From the NCBI GenBank assembly GCA_964252035.1, contig OZ176207.1: a stretch of DNA of 64,000 nt, one strand, 5' to 3'. A model generated the notes under the pieces. The model searched no databases, had not been told where the DNA came from, and saw nothing but the letters and a program-made list of their open reading frames with translations. Positions 25,663 through 38,590 of this stretch are shown here, piece by piece. Position numbers and translations under genes: made by a program. The DNA comes from Podarcis erhardii (Eukaryota). Within the stretch, counting starts at the first letter, position 1; each line of letters begins with the position of its first letter.

Positions 25663-25720
25663 TTCAATATTGATCCAATACTTGGACATTGTTGGGTCCA
25701 AGTATTGGATCAATATTGAA
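25663..25720. repeat. Perfect 25-bp inverted repeat with an 8-nt spacer
   Basis: TTCAATATTGATCCAATACTTGGAC attgttgg GTCCAAGTATTGGATCAATATTGAA. Confidence 0.95.
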
Positions 25721-26722
25721 ACTGGTCTTTTCTCTTCAGTACCCTCCCCCCCAGCTCCACTGAGTGCAAATGAGGACCTTTAGGTATCATCAGCTCTGAG
25801 CCAGTAAGTGCTACAGTCAATGAGATCATCCGTACAGACGAATAATTGCCATCACCAGATTCTCCCAAATTAGTAAGAATACCATGGAGGTTGGTTTGGA
25901 TAACTCTCCTTTCAGGACTTGGGCTGCTCACTATAGGATCCTTATGTTTTCTAACCTACTTAGCACTTGCCAATTGTGGCACATTTAAAAAGAATGGCTG
26001 GGGTCCAAATACAGCCAGTCTTTAATTATTGACTGCCTAGCAGATGAGAAAGCTCCTGTCATTCATCCTCTCATTCAGCCAATTTAGCAACAAGAACAAA
26101 ATACTACCATTCAGCCCCAATTGGGAACTGATAGATCCTGCCTTGTTTGAAGCTAGAAGGAGAAGGCCAGATACTGCCATGCCAAACAGAGGCATAGAGA
26201 ATGGTACCATCATGCCCACGCCAACTGTCCACAGAGGCAGCGTTGAGAACATGCTGCACAATTTACACCTCCAAAAGATTAAAATAAAAGCGTCTTCTGT
26301 GGAGTTCAAAGATACACATAAAAAGGTTGCATCCACATTACACATGACCTCCTACATTAAAACAATGGGTTAAGCATTGCATCCAGTGCTCAATTAAATA
26401 GCAACAATTTGATCAGTGAAATCCAATCTGCACTGTTAAATGAAACAGGGAAACTCTAGATGCGAACCATGATGTCAAAGTACTTTGTACAATGTTCTTC
26501 AACATGAACCACAAGTAGCCTATTCAGACTTTTGTAAGGACTCTAGTATATCTGAAATTAACATCATTTTAGACCTAGTGAAGCCATATCATATTATTTT
26601 AAATCCAGGTAGCTACAATGCACTACTGGTGAAAAATGATACATTGTACTCCAATAATTCAATGTTGTAGTTGACCATTCTTGATTCAAAAGGAAAGAAA
26701 GAAGGGGGCTATGATTATAAAG

Positions 26723-27092
26723 AGGGACGCGGGTGGCGCTGTGGGTAAAAGCCTCAGCGCCTAGGGTTTGCCGATCGAAAGGTCGGCGGTTCGAATCCCC
26801 GCAGCGGGGTGCGCTCCCATTGCTCGGTCCCAGCGCCTGCCAACCTAGCAGTTCGAAAGCACCCTCGGGTGCAAGTAGATAAATAGGGACCGCTTTCTAG
26901 CGGGAAGGTAAACGGCGTTTCCGTGTGCAGCTCTGGCTCGCCAGAGCAGCGATGTCACGCTGGCCACGTGACCCGGAAGTGTCTTCGGACAGCGCTGGCC
27001 CCTGGCCTCTTGAGTGAGATGGGCGCACAACCCCAGAGTCTGGCAAGACTGGCCCGTATGGGCAGGGGTACCTTTACCTTTACCTTTACCTT
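26723..27092 (+). mobile_element. Sauria SINE, full length (second subfamily)
   Basis: Head gggacgcgggtggcgctgtgggtaaaagcc, B box ggttcgaatccc and tail (acctt t)x4. 13-bp TSD TATGATTATAAAG at 26710-26722 and 27093-27105. Confidence 0.92.
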
Positions 27093-27221
27093 TATGATTA
27101 TAAAGTAGAAGCATCAGCACATTGCTCCCACCCCATGTCATGAAACGATCAGAAAATAATTATCTTCCTCATTTACTATATTATTTAATGTTCAAGCTAC
27201 TTATGCTGGAAAGCTGGAATA

Positions 27222-27472
27222 CGATCGTACTTTGGATCCCAAACACCCTGGAACTCGGACGTTTTGGCTCCCGAATGCCGCAAACCCGGAAGTGATTGTT
27301 CTGGTTTGCAAACATTCTTTTGGAACCCAAATGTCCAATGGGGGTTCCGAGACCTCTGATTGGCTGCAGGAGCTTCCTGCATCCAATCAGAGGCAACAAT
27401 TTGGTTTTCAAACGTTTTGGAAGTCAAACAAACTTCTGGAACGGATTCTGTTCGACTTCCAAGGTATGACTG
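27222..27472. mobile_element. Tc1/mariner (Tigger-like) MITE with an internal hairpin
   Basis: TA at both flanks. The right TIR reverse-complements to CAGTCATACCTTGGAAGTC and the left is a degenerate CGATCGTACTTTGGATCC. Internal 18-bp inverted repeat at 27354-27392. Confidence 0.65.
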
Positions 27473-27985
27473 TACAACCTGGGAGTAAGCACTATTAAAC
27501 TCAATAGCACACAACTCTGCCATACAGAAAGAAGTGCACCTCCTCAATGACATAATAAAAACGTCGGCACATTCCACACCCATTCATAAGATTAAATGAG
27601 CAATATATATATCCATCTAACTTCATTTAATTTCATGTTCCCACTATTCAAATTCCAAAGCTTAAATCCTAATCACTCTTACTTGAGAGAAAGTCACACT
27701 GAATTCAACAGGACTCACATCTGGGTAGATATGGTTAGGACTGAACTGGAAATCTCAAAATGCAATGGAGAAAATAGACTACACCTGCAACAGATAGTTT
27801 AGCCTCAGCTGTTTACTATATATAAATAAGATGATGATTCATGAATCTAGATAGAAAATGAACTAAAGACTGAAAAATTAAAAGGCAGGTACACATGCTG
27901 TATAAAAAGGTTGTATGGCAATGTCACCTAATGGTAAAGAACTGCAGAGTGTACCACACATGTAAATACAGAGAACAAACCTTAC

Positions 27986-30406
27986 CTCTTCACCATTAGC
28001 CATCTCAGAATGAAAATTGTTTCCTTCATTGCCTGTAAAAGGCACAGCAGGTTTCTCACTGCCAAGAATATTGTCTACCATCTGAACACTGGGTGTCAGG
28101 AAGGCAAACTCATTCTTCCTGGTCTCAGAAGACAGACACAGCTGGTAGGAATAGGGCAAAGTCCCATCTTCAAAGTTGGGTGGGAAGATGGCACCATTCT
28201 TGGAATGGGGAACAGGACCAAAGCACTGTAGGAACCTGGGATGCCCTGATTGACGGAGCTTCATTGTAACGGCCAGAATGACAGTCAAGAGGAACAAGAA
28301 GGAGATCACAGCTAAGGCCAGCACCAAGTAGAACTGCAGGTCAGACTGATACTCCGAGCTGCTGGGTTGGCTCTTCATTTCCGGAAGGGCCTCCTGAAAG
28401 TTCTCAGCAAACACCAGGTTCAGAGTAATGGTGGCCGAGAGAGATGGCTGCCCGTTATCCTTCACCATAATGACCAGTCTCTGTTTCACAGCGTCTCTCT
28501 CCACAAAGGCTCTGGCTGTCCAGATCTCTCCAGTATGAGAACCAACCGTGAAGAGTGCCGGCTCAGTGGCCTGAGTGAGGTGGTAGGAGAGCCAGGCGTT
28601 GTGTCCAGAATCTGCATCCACGGCCACCACCTTGGTGACAAGATAATCTGCCTCGGCCGAACGAGGCACCATCTCAAACAAGGCTGAGCCCTTGGCTTCT
28701 TGTGAGGGGGACAGGATACGAGGGCTGTTATCATTCCTGTCAAGAACAAACACCCTGACTGTCACATGGCTGCTGAGAGGGGGAGAACCCCCGTCTTGGG
28801 CCTTCACTTGCAGCCGGAACTCTCTGAATTGTTCATAGTCAAAGGATCTCTGGGCATAGATGGTGCCGGTCTCTGAATTTATGGAGATATAGGAGGAGAT
28901 GGGAAGCTCCTCAATGTTGCTGTTGAGGATGGAGTATGTGATCCGTGAGTTCTGGTCCACGTCGGGATCAGAGGCTTTGATGGTGAAAATGGAGGCACCT
29001 GAAGGATTGTTTTCTGGCACATAGATAGCATACAAAGATTTCTCAAAGGAAGGGGCATTATCATTGATATCAGATATCTGTAGTAAGATTACTTTATGGG
29101 TTTTCAGTGGGGGAGTTCCATTGTCAGTGGCTGTGATTGTAATATTATATGCAGGAGTTTTTTCTCTGTCCAAAGGGCTGACTGCCAGAAGTTTGTAGAA
29201 ATTGTTAGATGAGGAAATAATCTTGAAGGGCAAATCACTGTTTAAATAGCAGGTAACTTTTCCATTATCACCGGCATCTTTGTCATTTACATTGATCAGA
29301 GCAATTAAGGTTTCAGATGGTGAATCTTCAGGAACTGGGCTGAACATGGAGGTTAAGGTCACATCCGGGGCATTATCATTCTCATCAAGAACCCTTATCT
29401 CAATATTGGAATGAGTCACCAATCCCCCACCATCTTTTGCAGCAACCGTCATAGTATATTCATCATTGTCCTCAAAATCCAGTTGCTCCAAGAGGGTGAT
29501 TATGCCACCAATGGGATCTAGACTGAATTTCTCTTGGGAAGTTGCTGGTATGTTGCTGAAATAATACCTGATTTGGGCATATGAACCTTCATCATCATCA
29601 GAGGCTATGACCTGGAGCACCGTGGATCCAATAGGAGCATTTTCACTCAAACTGACCTTGTACACCTCTTGAGTGAAAATGGGAGGGTTGTCATTGGCAT
29701 CAGTGATATTAATCCGTATCTGGGCTGTTCCACTTTTCCTAGGCTCACCCCCATCCATTGCGGTAAGTATTAAGTGAAGGGTTTGTTCTTTTTCCCGATC
29801 CAAAGATTTCTGCAACACCAATTCTGCATATTTATTTCCATCTTTTCTCTCTCTAACTTCCAAAATGAAGTACTGATTGGAACTCAGCTGGTAATCCTGG
29901 AGAGAGTTCATTCCAGCATCAGGATCTTCCGCTTTCCCAAGGAGAAATCGAGTGCCTAGCAAAGTGGATTCAAGCATCTCTAAATTGATATTGCTATTCA
30001 GGAATTGGGGTGCATTATCATTAACATCCTGGATTTCTACTGTGACATGGAAAACATTCAGAGGGTTTTCTACCACAACTTCAAAATTAACAAAGCAATG
30101 TGGATTTTTGCCACATATCCCCTCCCTATCAATCCTGTCATTTACATAGAGGTTTCCATTCTCTGCATTGATACTGAAATGCTGCATTTTAGCCACAGAC
30201 ACAGTGTGCAGATTGCGATGTTTTAGTTCTTTGGTGCTCAGTCCCAGGTCCTTGGCGAGGTTCCCCACAACGGAACCCTTTGCCATCTCCTCAGGGGTTG
30301 AATAATGAATCTGCTCTGATGCAGCCCAACAGGTAAAAGACAATAGAGAGAGAAGCAGTACTTGCCTTGTGAGTGCCCTGCCATTCCCTGGGTGCCTTCT
30401 CTCCAT
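27986..30406 (-). CDS. PCDHGB: Protocadherin gamma variable exon V5 (gammaB-like, B1 group)
   Basis: 842-aa ORF 27878..30406 (MERRHPG...). Phase-0 donor GAG|GTAAGG at 27986/27985. Confidence 0.95.
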
Positions 30407-30678
30407 CTGGCTGGTTCTCTCAAAAACAGGCTGCTTCCTTTTCTCAGTTTCCTATGCTCAAGCTCTCACAGTGATGAAGGAAACAACACGAGGTATCACT
30501 GAGGAAGAATAAACTGCCCTTGTTCTCATATGTGTGCAAAGCAAAAGAGATTTTTCCTTCTCTGCAAGAGTTCCCTGTCTCTGTGCTCTTCAGTTGGCCT
30601 GATCTGAATAGCAGGGATGGGAGTTACTGCAGTCTAGGAAGCATCAATGGATCTCTATCCTCTCTCTGGCTCTCATAC

Positions 30679-30701
30679 TGGCCAACACTGACACTTAGAG
30701 G
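30679..30701 (-). promoter_or_regulatory. CSE of the V5 promoter, variant core CAGT
   Basis: Minus strand CCTCTAAGTGTCAGTGTTGGCCA, about 273 bp upstream of the ATG. Confidence 0.75.
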
Positions 30702-31037
30702 ACCACTCAAGGAACTGCAAGGAAAACCATGTTGTTCAATGTACAGTACCTTCCCTTTAGCAAATTTCAAGTTATTTGCTTTCAGTTTGTACACATTAAA
30801 GCAACAGCTCCTCTGATTGCTGCGCATAACAGCTCACAAGACTCAAAACCCAGTCTGGAGATATACAGCCTATTGAAAACATGTTTTGCCTTGATGTCTA
30901 TCCCACTGAAATTGAACCCCATTGAATGGACCCAAGGGATCTCCAGCAGAGCATTGCCTCACTTTAACATGCTTATAGTCCTTTGTCAGTCTATCATACA
31001 ACATCAGGGCACACAATTCCTTTCATTAAAATGTAGC

Positions 31038-31235
31038 AACATAAGAAGAGCCTTGCTGGATCAGACCTAAGGCCTTTCTTATTAAGCAGCTTGTCTCCCA
31101 CTGTGGCATCTGGAGGCATCCTGCTTCTAGTACCTGACGGGATATAGTCAGCACGACTTGCGACCACCATGAAGTTGTCTATAAGGCATCCAAGTTAGTG
31201 GCCATCACAGCTTTTTGTGGGAGCAATTCCCATAA
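31038..31235 (-). mobile_element. CR1-like 3' fragment
   Basis: aacataagaagagccttgctggatcagacc...; a homologous copy lies at about 42712-42950. Confidence 0.55.
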
Positions 31236-32498
31236 GTTATTTATTTATTAAAATGTGTAAAGTATGTGTGATTGTTCTGTATAAATAAAAATAATGTCTG
31301 GATACAAGTTTCAATAGTTTTATATTATACACTCTAAGAAAACATACCGATTTATAAAGTTTCTAACAGTGTGTGTGCGTCTGTATTATCTTGAACCTTA
31401 TTGCACAAATTAAGTATGAAAATGGTCTATTTTTCCACAACGTTATCAGTCTCCCCACTCTGACTCTTACCATATTCATTAGTTTAACGATAGATAAAAT
31501 ATCCCATACCCTAATAATCCACTCCTGTAAAGCTGGTGTTCTTAACCACACACTCCACTCAACTTATACCAAATAGTTGTTCTTGCTATAGTTAATAAGT
31601 CTTGGACTAATACTCTGCTAGTATTAAACCCTTAATACAACTGAATAAAACAATCAGAATAACCATTGATAAAATGTGTCCTGTTATTATTTCAAATTCC
31701 CTTATTATATCCACTCGGAACCTTTCATTTCAGGACATGCCCCACAAAAATGTTGCATCCTAGCATTGGTTGCCTTGCACCTCCCACTTAAATTACTTGC
31801 TGTCCTGTAGATGTGGTTGAAATGTGGCACTGGAAGGACCATATCGCTTCTCCCTTGTCTTTGATCTAAACTAAATATTGTTAAGCGTTGCATTTTTTCC
31901 GAATAAAGAAGTTGTTCCACCCACTTGACCATCTTAGTTGCACTTTTCTGAGCATTCTGCATTTCATACAAGTTCTTTCTACATGAATCTTCCAGAGAAG
32001 TTCAAAACACTCCAAAAGATCTACTATGAACAAATAGGAAGCATTCATGTTTTATACATTTTTCAGTTAACTCGAATCACAACAGGATGAATAAACTATG
32101 TGAGTGAACGAAGTAAAAATCCACATATTTAACCTCTAGGAGGAACTAAAAAATAACTACTGTATATAATGATAGTGATATTTTAATAATCTACAGGAAA
32201 AAAATTACTAGAAAGTAGAAGAGGATATAAATTCCATAATTCATGAAGACTCACCTGAACGCCATTTTCAGACTCAACATTGAATTTGCCTCTGTCATTG
32301 CAATTTGAAGACTACTTGTAAAAAAAGTTTTCTACAGTCTGAACAGCTGGTTCCAGTAATATAATTTGATTTTTTTTTTTTTTTTAGTTCTCTCATAAAT
32401 CAGGCAGTTAAGAGGAAGACAACTAAAAATACTAGTTTTGCTCATACAAGGAGCAAGGTCGTGGTGCCAGCACCTCAGTTTCTGAAAGCAAAGCTTAC

Positions 32499-34928
32499 CT
32501 GCTCACCAACTTCCTCTTTGGCATTGGTATCCCCACCGTTGCCATCCACAAGAACCACCTGAGAGCTATCATTGCATAGCAAGTTTTCTGCCACCTGGAT
32601 ATGGGGTTTCGGGAAAGAGATCTGCTCTTTCCTCATCTCTGACGATAGGCAGAGTTGGTAGGAATAAGGTAAAGTTCCTTCTTCATAGTTTGGTGGAAAT
32701 ATGACCTGCGCCTTAGAAAAAGCATTAGGTTCGAAGCACTGGAATAATTTGGGATTTCCTGATTGTCGAAGTTTCATGACAATGACCAGTATCACCGTCA
32801 GGAGGAACAAAAATGAGATCAATGCCAAAGCCAGCACCAAGTAAAACTGGAGGTCAGAATGATGCTCTGTGTCACTGGATTGCCTAGTCATTTCTGGAAG
32901 TGCCTCTTGGAAGTTCTCAGCAACCACGAGGTTGAGGACCACAGTAGTAGAGAGAGGAGCCTTCCCATTGTCCTTCACCAAGATGACCAGCTTCTGTTTC
33001 ACAGCATCTTTCTCCAGAAGGGCTCGTGACGTCCTGATCTCTCCCGTATGGGTCCCAATAGTGAAAAGGGCCGGCTCTGTGGCCTGCAGCACTTGGTAGG
33101 AGAGCCAGGCATTGTGCCCAGAGTCTGCGTCCACAGCCACCACTTTGGTCACTAGGTAGCCTGGCTCTGCTGAGTGAGGAACCATCTCAAACAAGGCAGA
33201 GCCCTCAGCGCCCGGGAGAGGATACAGAACGCGGGGGCTGTTATCATTCTGATCCAAAATGTACACCCACACGGTGGCGTTGTTGCTGAGAGAGGGAGAG
33301 CCGCCATCTTGGGCCTTCACTTGGATCTGAAACTCCCTGAATTGCTCATAGTCAAAGGAGCGCTGTGCATAGATAGTTCCTGTCTCAGAGTTGATGGAGA
33401 CGTAAGAGGAGAGAGGCAGCTCCTCCATGTTGCTGTTGAGGATGGAGTAAGTGATACGTGAGTTGCGGTCCAGATCTGGGTCTGAGGCTTTGATGGAGAA
33501 AATGGAGGCACCTGAGGGATTGTTTTCAGGCACAAAGACGCTGTAGGTTGATTTTTCAAAGGCAGGGGAGTTGTCATTGATGTCTGAAATCTGCAGGGAG
33601 ATGGTTTTATTGGAGGAGAGAGGGGGGCTACCTTTGTCGGTGGCCGTGATTGTGATGTTGTATCCTGAGGCTTTTTCTCTGTCCAATGGACTGTCTGTGT
33701 GGATTTTGTAGTTGTTCTTAGATATTGATGATATTTTAAATGGTACATTACTTAGTAGATGGCATGTAATTTTTCCATTTTCTCCAGAATCCCTATCCTT
33801 TACATTGATGAGAGCAATTATTGTTCCAGAAACAGAGTCTTCTGATACTGGGGTGGATAAGGAGGCCACGATGATCTCTGGAGCATTGTCATTCTCATCT
33901 AGAATCTTTATATCAACATTACAGTGAGCCACTAATCCACCTCCATCTCTTGCTTCAACTGCCACTGTGTACTTTTCTGTTTCCTCAAAGTCAAGAGCTT
34001 TCTTAATTGTAATGGTTCCACTTTGTGGATCTAGTCTAAATTTCTCATAGACTTTTTCTGGGCCTTTACTGAATGTGTAACTGATCTGACTATTTGAACC
34101 TTCATCCCTATCAGAGGCTTTTACCTGGAGTATGAAGGACCCCACAGGGGAATTTTCCCTCAGGCTAACTGTATAAACCTCTTGAGTGAAGACTGGTGGG
34201 TTATCATTGGCATCTGTGACGTTAATCCATATCTGGGCAGTCCCAGTTTTTCTGGGTTCACCCCCATCCAAGGCCGTAAGGATCAACTGAAAGGAGTGTT
34301 CGCTTTCCCGATCCAAAGGTTTCTGCAGCACCAATTCTGCAGATTTATGGCCATCCAGATTATGCTTAATTTCTAATATAAAGAACTGATTTAGGCTTAA
34401 CTGATAATTCTGGAGAGAATTAATCCCAATATCAGGATCTTCAGCTTTCCCAAGGAGAAATCTGGCACCTGGCAATGTGGATTCAATTATTTCAAGTCTA
34501 ATATTGGCTTCTAAGAATTGTGGCGCATTATCATTAATGTCTTGGATTGCTAGACTAACATGGAAAACATTCAATGGATTTTCAACCACAGCTTCAAAAT
34601 CAATAATGCAGTGTTTGCTCTCTCTACACATTCCCTCACGATCTATCCTCTCATTCACATACAAGTTTCCATTTTCAGCATTGATAGTGAAATATGGCTT
34701 TTTACCTTCAGAAAGGATATGCAGGTTTCTGTTCTTCAGGTCTCTGGCATTGAGTCCTAGATCCTTGGCAAGATTTCCCACCAAAGACCCCTTTGCCATC
34801 TCCTCAGGGATGGAATAGTGAACCTCTTCCAAAACTGCTCCACAGAACAAAGATGAAAATATCAGAAGTGTTATATACCTCCCTGATGTTTGAAAGCTCT
34901 TTCCTTGAAGGATTCCTCTCATATTCAT
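32499..34928 (-). CDS. PCDHGB: Protocadherin gamma variable exon V6 (gammaB-like, B2 group)
   Basis: ORF 32475..34952; first ATG at 34928 (MNMRGILQ). Phase-0 donor CAG|GTAAGC at 32499/32498. Confidence 0.95.
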
Positions 34929-35169
34929 TTTCCTCTTCTCTTTGATGAGCACAGGATTTCAGATTTCCACCAAGACAGGAGATTTCCCCCCAGTAAAAAA
35001 AAGAACTGGATCCTTTGGCTTAATTTGTATATGCTGCAGTGTTTTCTTTTTTCCAGCTGAAACGTTTTTCCCCCAGCGTCTGCTGGTATTCCCGATGTGC
35101 AGTTTGGGACAAAGAGATCTCTCTGCAGAAAGCATCAGTGAAACTTCAGCTGCCCTTGGATTGCCGCCT

Positions 35170-35192
35170 TGTCCAACAGTGACACTGTGAGT
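35170..35192 (-). promoter_or_regulatory. CSE of the V6 promoter, variant core CACT
   Basis: Minus strand ACTCACAGTGTCACTGTTGGACA, identical to V4 and V8. Confidence 0.8.
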
Positions 35193-36573
35193 CTGAAACC
35201 GAGAACTGCAATCTTTTCCCAGTGATTTTTCTTCCCTAATTCATGACATGACATAGTAGTATTTTTAAGTATTGACTCAGACCATATTCTCATACAGGTT
35301 TTCTGAATATGCCTGTTAGAAAGTATTATCTGTTCACCATTGCAATGGTTTAAAAGAAATCAGCTTCAAATAAATATTTACAGCAAAGAAAAAGCGGTAA
35401 TGAATTTATAGCACTATTTCCACCCCCTAATCTTAATCCAAGCAAAGTAATGTATTTATACATTGCTTCTTTAGAAAACTAAATCAGAATAGCAGACTGC
35501 AGTATGAGAATGAATTTTTTTTATATAATAAAAGATTTTAAACAAATTTTAAAAATATTGTATTAGGTATTTACAGGCATCTTAGACTGTGTGTGGAAAG
35601 CCTAAGGCCGTGTCTGAAAATTGTGTTTATCTTTACATAATTTCACTGAAAATAGTGCCACATCTCAAGTCCTATTTTGTCACCTTATGTCCACACGATT
35701 TCTGGTCTGTTTGTGTAGCTTTCTCCTTCAACAGTTGTACTGTGTCAGTATTTACATTTGCCATTTTCCCCACCTGCCCATTTGTTCAGTTACGATAGAC
35801 ACTTTGCTGATTTCATTTACTTTGTGGTGTGTGCTTTTGACCTTACACAACACCCCAGCTACTTCACAATATCACAGATATGGGTCATCCCCTCTACATA
35901 TGCAAGCAATATGGAGACCCCTATTTTGCCGGTGGGGGGTGGGGGTGGGACAGGACAACCAGAAAGCTACTAGAACTCTCTACAGTCCTTTCAGTATTTT
36001 AGGAAGTTACATGTGGTCTCCAGCTGTCAATGCAACTTCATTTTAATCAAGGAACAAAACTGCATACATAAGCCCTGGGTGTTTTATGTTGGACCTCAAA
36101 AGTTCTGAGCCTTCCCCTTCATTTTTAAACTTCTTTTTCTTTGTTTACATGGTAGCTGAGCACACTGCAATTGTCAGTCATGATCCTGTGCCCTAATTCC
36201 TTACAGCAGCTAGCAACAACCCTGGCAAGAACATTCCTCCATCATCACATCTACTGGCCATGAGCCCAGCAGGGATGTGGTTCATTGCAGGCTTACGTAA
36301 CTCAAGAACCTGCTAAGATATCCCACAATGCTATGATCAGAAATACAGTTATCCATCTATTCATGCATTCATGTCATGTAAGCAACATAGCTAACATGTT
36401 AGTAGAGCAGTTCAAGAATTCAACATGCTTCATGTATATTGAGCTGGTCTCATGTAAAAAACAAAACTGTGAACCAGGAATTCCATGGTATGAATTTTGC
36501 CTCTGACAGGAACTCTCTTATATAAGAATTATAAGATAATGTGTCAAATCCAGACTTCATCATACTTAGAGTA

Positions 36574-36931
36574 AGGTAAAGGTAAATGGACCCCTAACCA
36601 TTAGGTCCAGTCGTGGCCGACTCCTGGGTTGCGGCGCTCATCTCGCTTTATTGGCCAAGGGAGCCGGCATACAGCTTCTGGGTCATGTGGCCAGCATGAC
36701 TAAGCTGCTTCTGGTGAGCCAGAGCAGTGCACGGAAACGCCGTTTACCTTCCTGCCGGAGCGCTATCTATTTATCTACTTGCACTTTGACGTTCTTTCAA
36801 ACTGCTAGGTGGGCAAGAGCTGGGACTGAGCAACGGGAGCTCACCCCGTCGCAGGGATTCGAACCGACGACCTTCTGATTGGCAAGCCCTAGGCTCTGTG
36901 GTTTAACTCACAGCGCCACCCGCATCCCGCT
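36574..36931 (-). mobile_element. Sauria SINE, full length, reverse orientation
   Basis: aggtaaaggtaaa tail at the left and cagcgccacccgcatccc head at the right. 14-bp TSD TCATACTTAGAGTA at 36560-36573 and 36932-36945; empty paralogous site at 48602-48615. Confidence 0.93.
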
Positions 36932-38590
36932 TCATACTTAGAGTAGCCTGACTTAAATAAAATTGACTTAAATTAGTCTTGCTTGACTAACTTGGTCCAA
37001 GGATAACTAATTCTGAATCTGACCCATTATATGCAATGCCCTTTGAAACATATAAATATAATACACACTGTAAGTATCATTATTATTGTCTAAATCATGA
37101 GGCAGAAATACATGACGCAGGCAGTGCAATCTGGCAGGTACTCTAGAAGGCCAGGCAGTCAGTCAGTCAGTCAGTCAATCAGTCTTGACTTGACTTTTTT
37201 TACATCACTCATGCAGAAACACACATGCCTTTATTGAACCCCACCTTACAGAAAACAAAACACGACTGATTTATGTTTTCCCACCCAAAAATTCCAGTAT
37301 GCAGAGATATGGTGAATGGACTTGACCATGGACCACCATCTCATTTATTTACAAGTCTGATCTGATTTCTACCAAGTTGAGGGCCTTCCTTGCTAGTCAC
37401 ATTTAATTGGTGACCCCACTCTGGACCTAAGATTGGGATCAGTACTGAAACTGGTATTTGCTCTTCACTCAATTTTGTGTAGAGGAGGACATTTAAACAC
37501 CAGGAGCTGGTAAATCTTAGGTATGAGGTAATTAGTTCTCCTTTCCAGATGCACCCAAGGTAGTAAGGACCTATGAGGCTAAGCATCCTTTTATGCCATG
37601 TTGCGCCCACTTTAGGTTCCTTAGGTTTCTAATCTACATAGAACATGTGCATTGTGGACTATTTAAATGGAATACTGGTATCTGTATGTAGCTAGGCTTT
37701 AAATCTCCACACTCTGAATTTTAATACTGAATTCCAGTATTAAAATTAGAAAAATGTGTGGACTAAACTAATGTAGATGTCATTAGTTTGATAAGGCAAT
37801 TCAATCTGATGTTTCTTGAACTTTCCTCTTCACTAAGTGAAACAGGGAATCTCTAGATCTGAACTATGTATAAATACTTTATACAGTGATGTTTAATGTG
37901 AATTGTAGGCAGAAATTCATTGTATAATTTGTAAGTGAAATTATATAAACAGCATAATTCACACTCATAACCTAGATTCATACAATCTACTGAAGTTCAT
38001 GGTAGCTGCAGTTCATTAAACTGAAAACTCATACAGTATAAATGAACAAATTTATAATTAATTTGATTTTATGGAGAAGAAAGTAAAGCATAATTTACAG
38101 ACACCTCTCAAAACTATGTCTTTAAAATCTATTGCTTAAAAAAATTGCTAGTAATACTAATAACAGTGATAGTATTTTCTGCTATATAGCAAGGTGCCCT
38201 CCTTTGATTCTACAGCCAAAATTGCTGCACAATAGCCCCTGCAAAGCCAAGTAACGTGAAAAACAAAGTTCTTTTCCTCACTTTATTTAATTTAATGAAA
38301 GTAGTTGAAGGTCAACTCCTCAAAATACTAGTTGTTCAAATGACAACAAGATAAGTTCTACCAGATGGTTTCAAGGGTATGGCTCAAAGCTGCAATGTGT
38401 AGCTTCCCCATGGAGCGAAAAGGATGCATCCTGATTCATGAAAGCCAAATGATGTAAGAGCCAAACTATTCATTTATATGATGAAAAACAAAAAGGCAGT
38501 CACATTAGCTGGATAAAAAGCACTGTGACAATGTCACTGATGGCAAAAAATGATGGATAATGGCATTTAATTTCAGAAAACAAACCTTAC

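Larger units (their letters stand above)
34955..38590. repeat. Segmental duplicate of the spacer 47000-49980 (spacer V7-V6 versus spacer V9-V8)
   Basis: Long, nearly identical collinear blocks (for example 38060-38590 versus 49445-49980, and 36050-37140 versus 48050-48800) separated by discrete indels. Confidence 0.9.
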
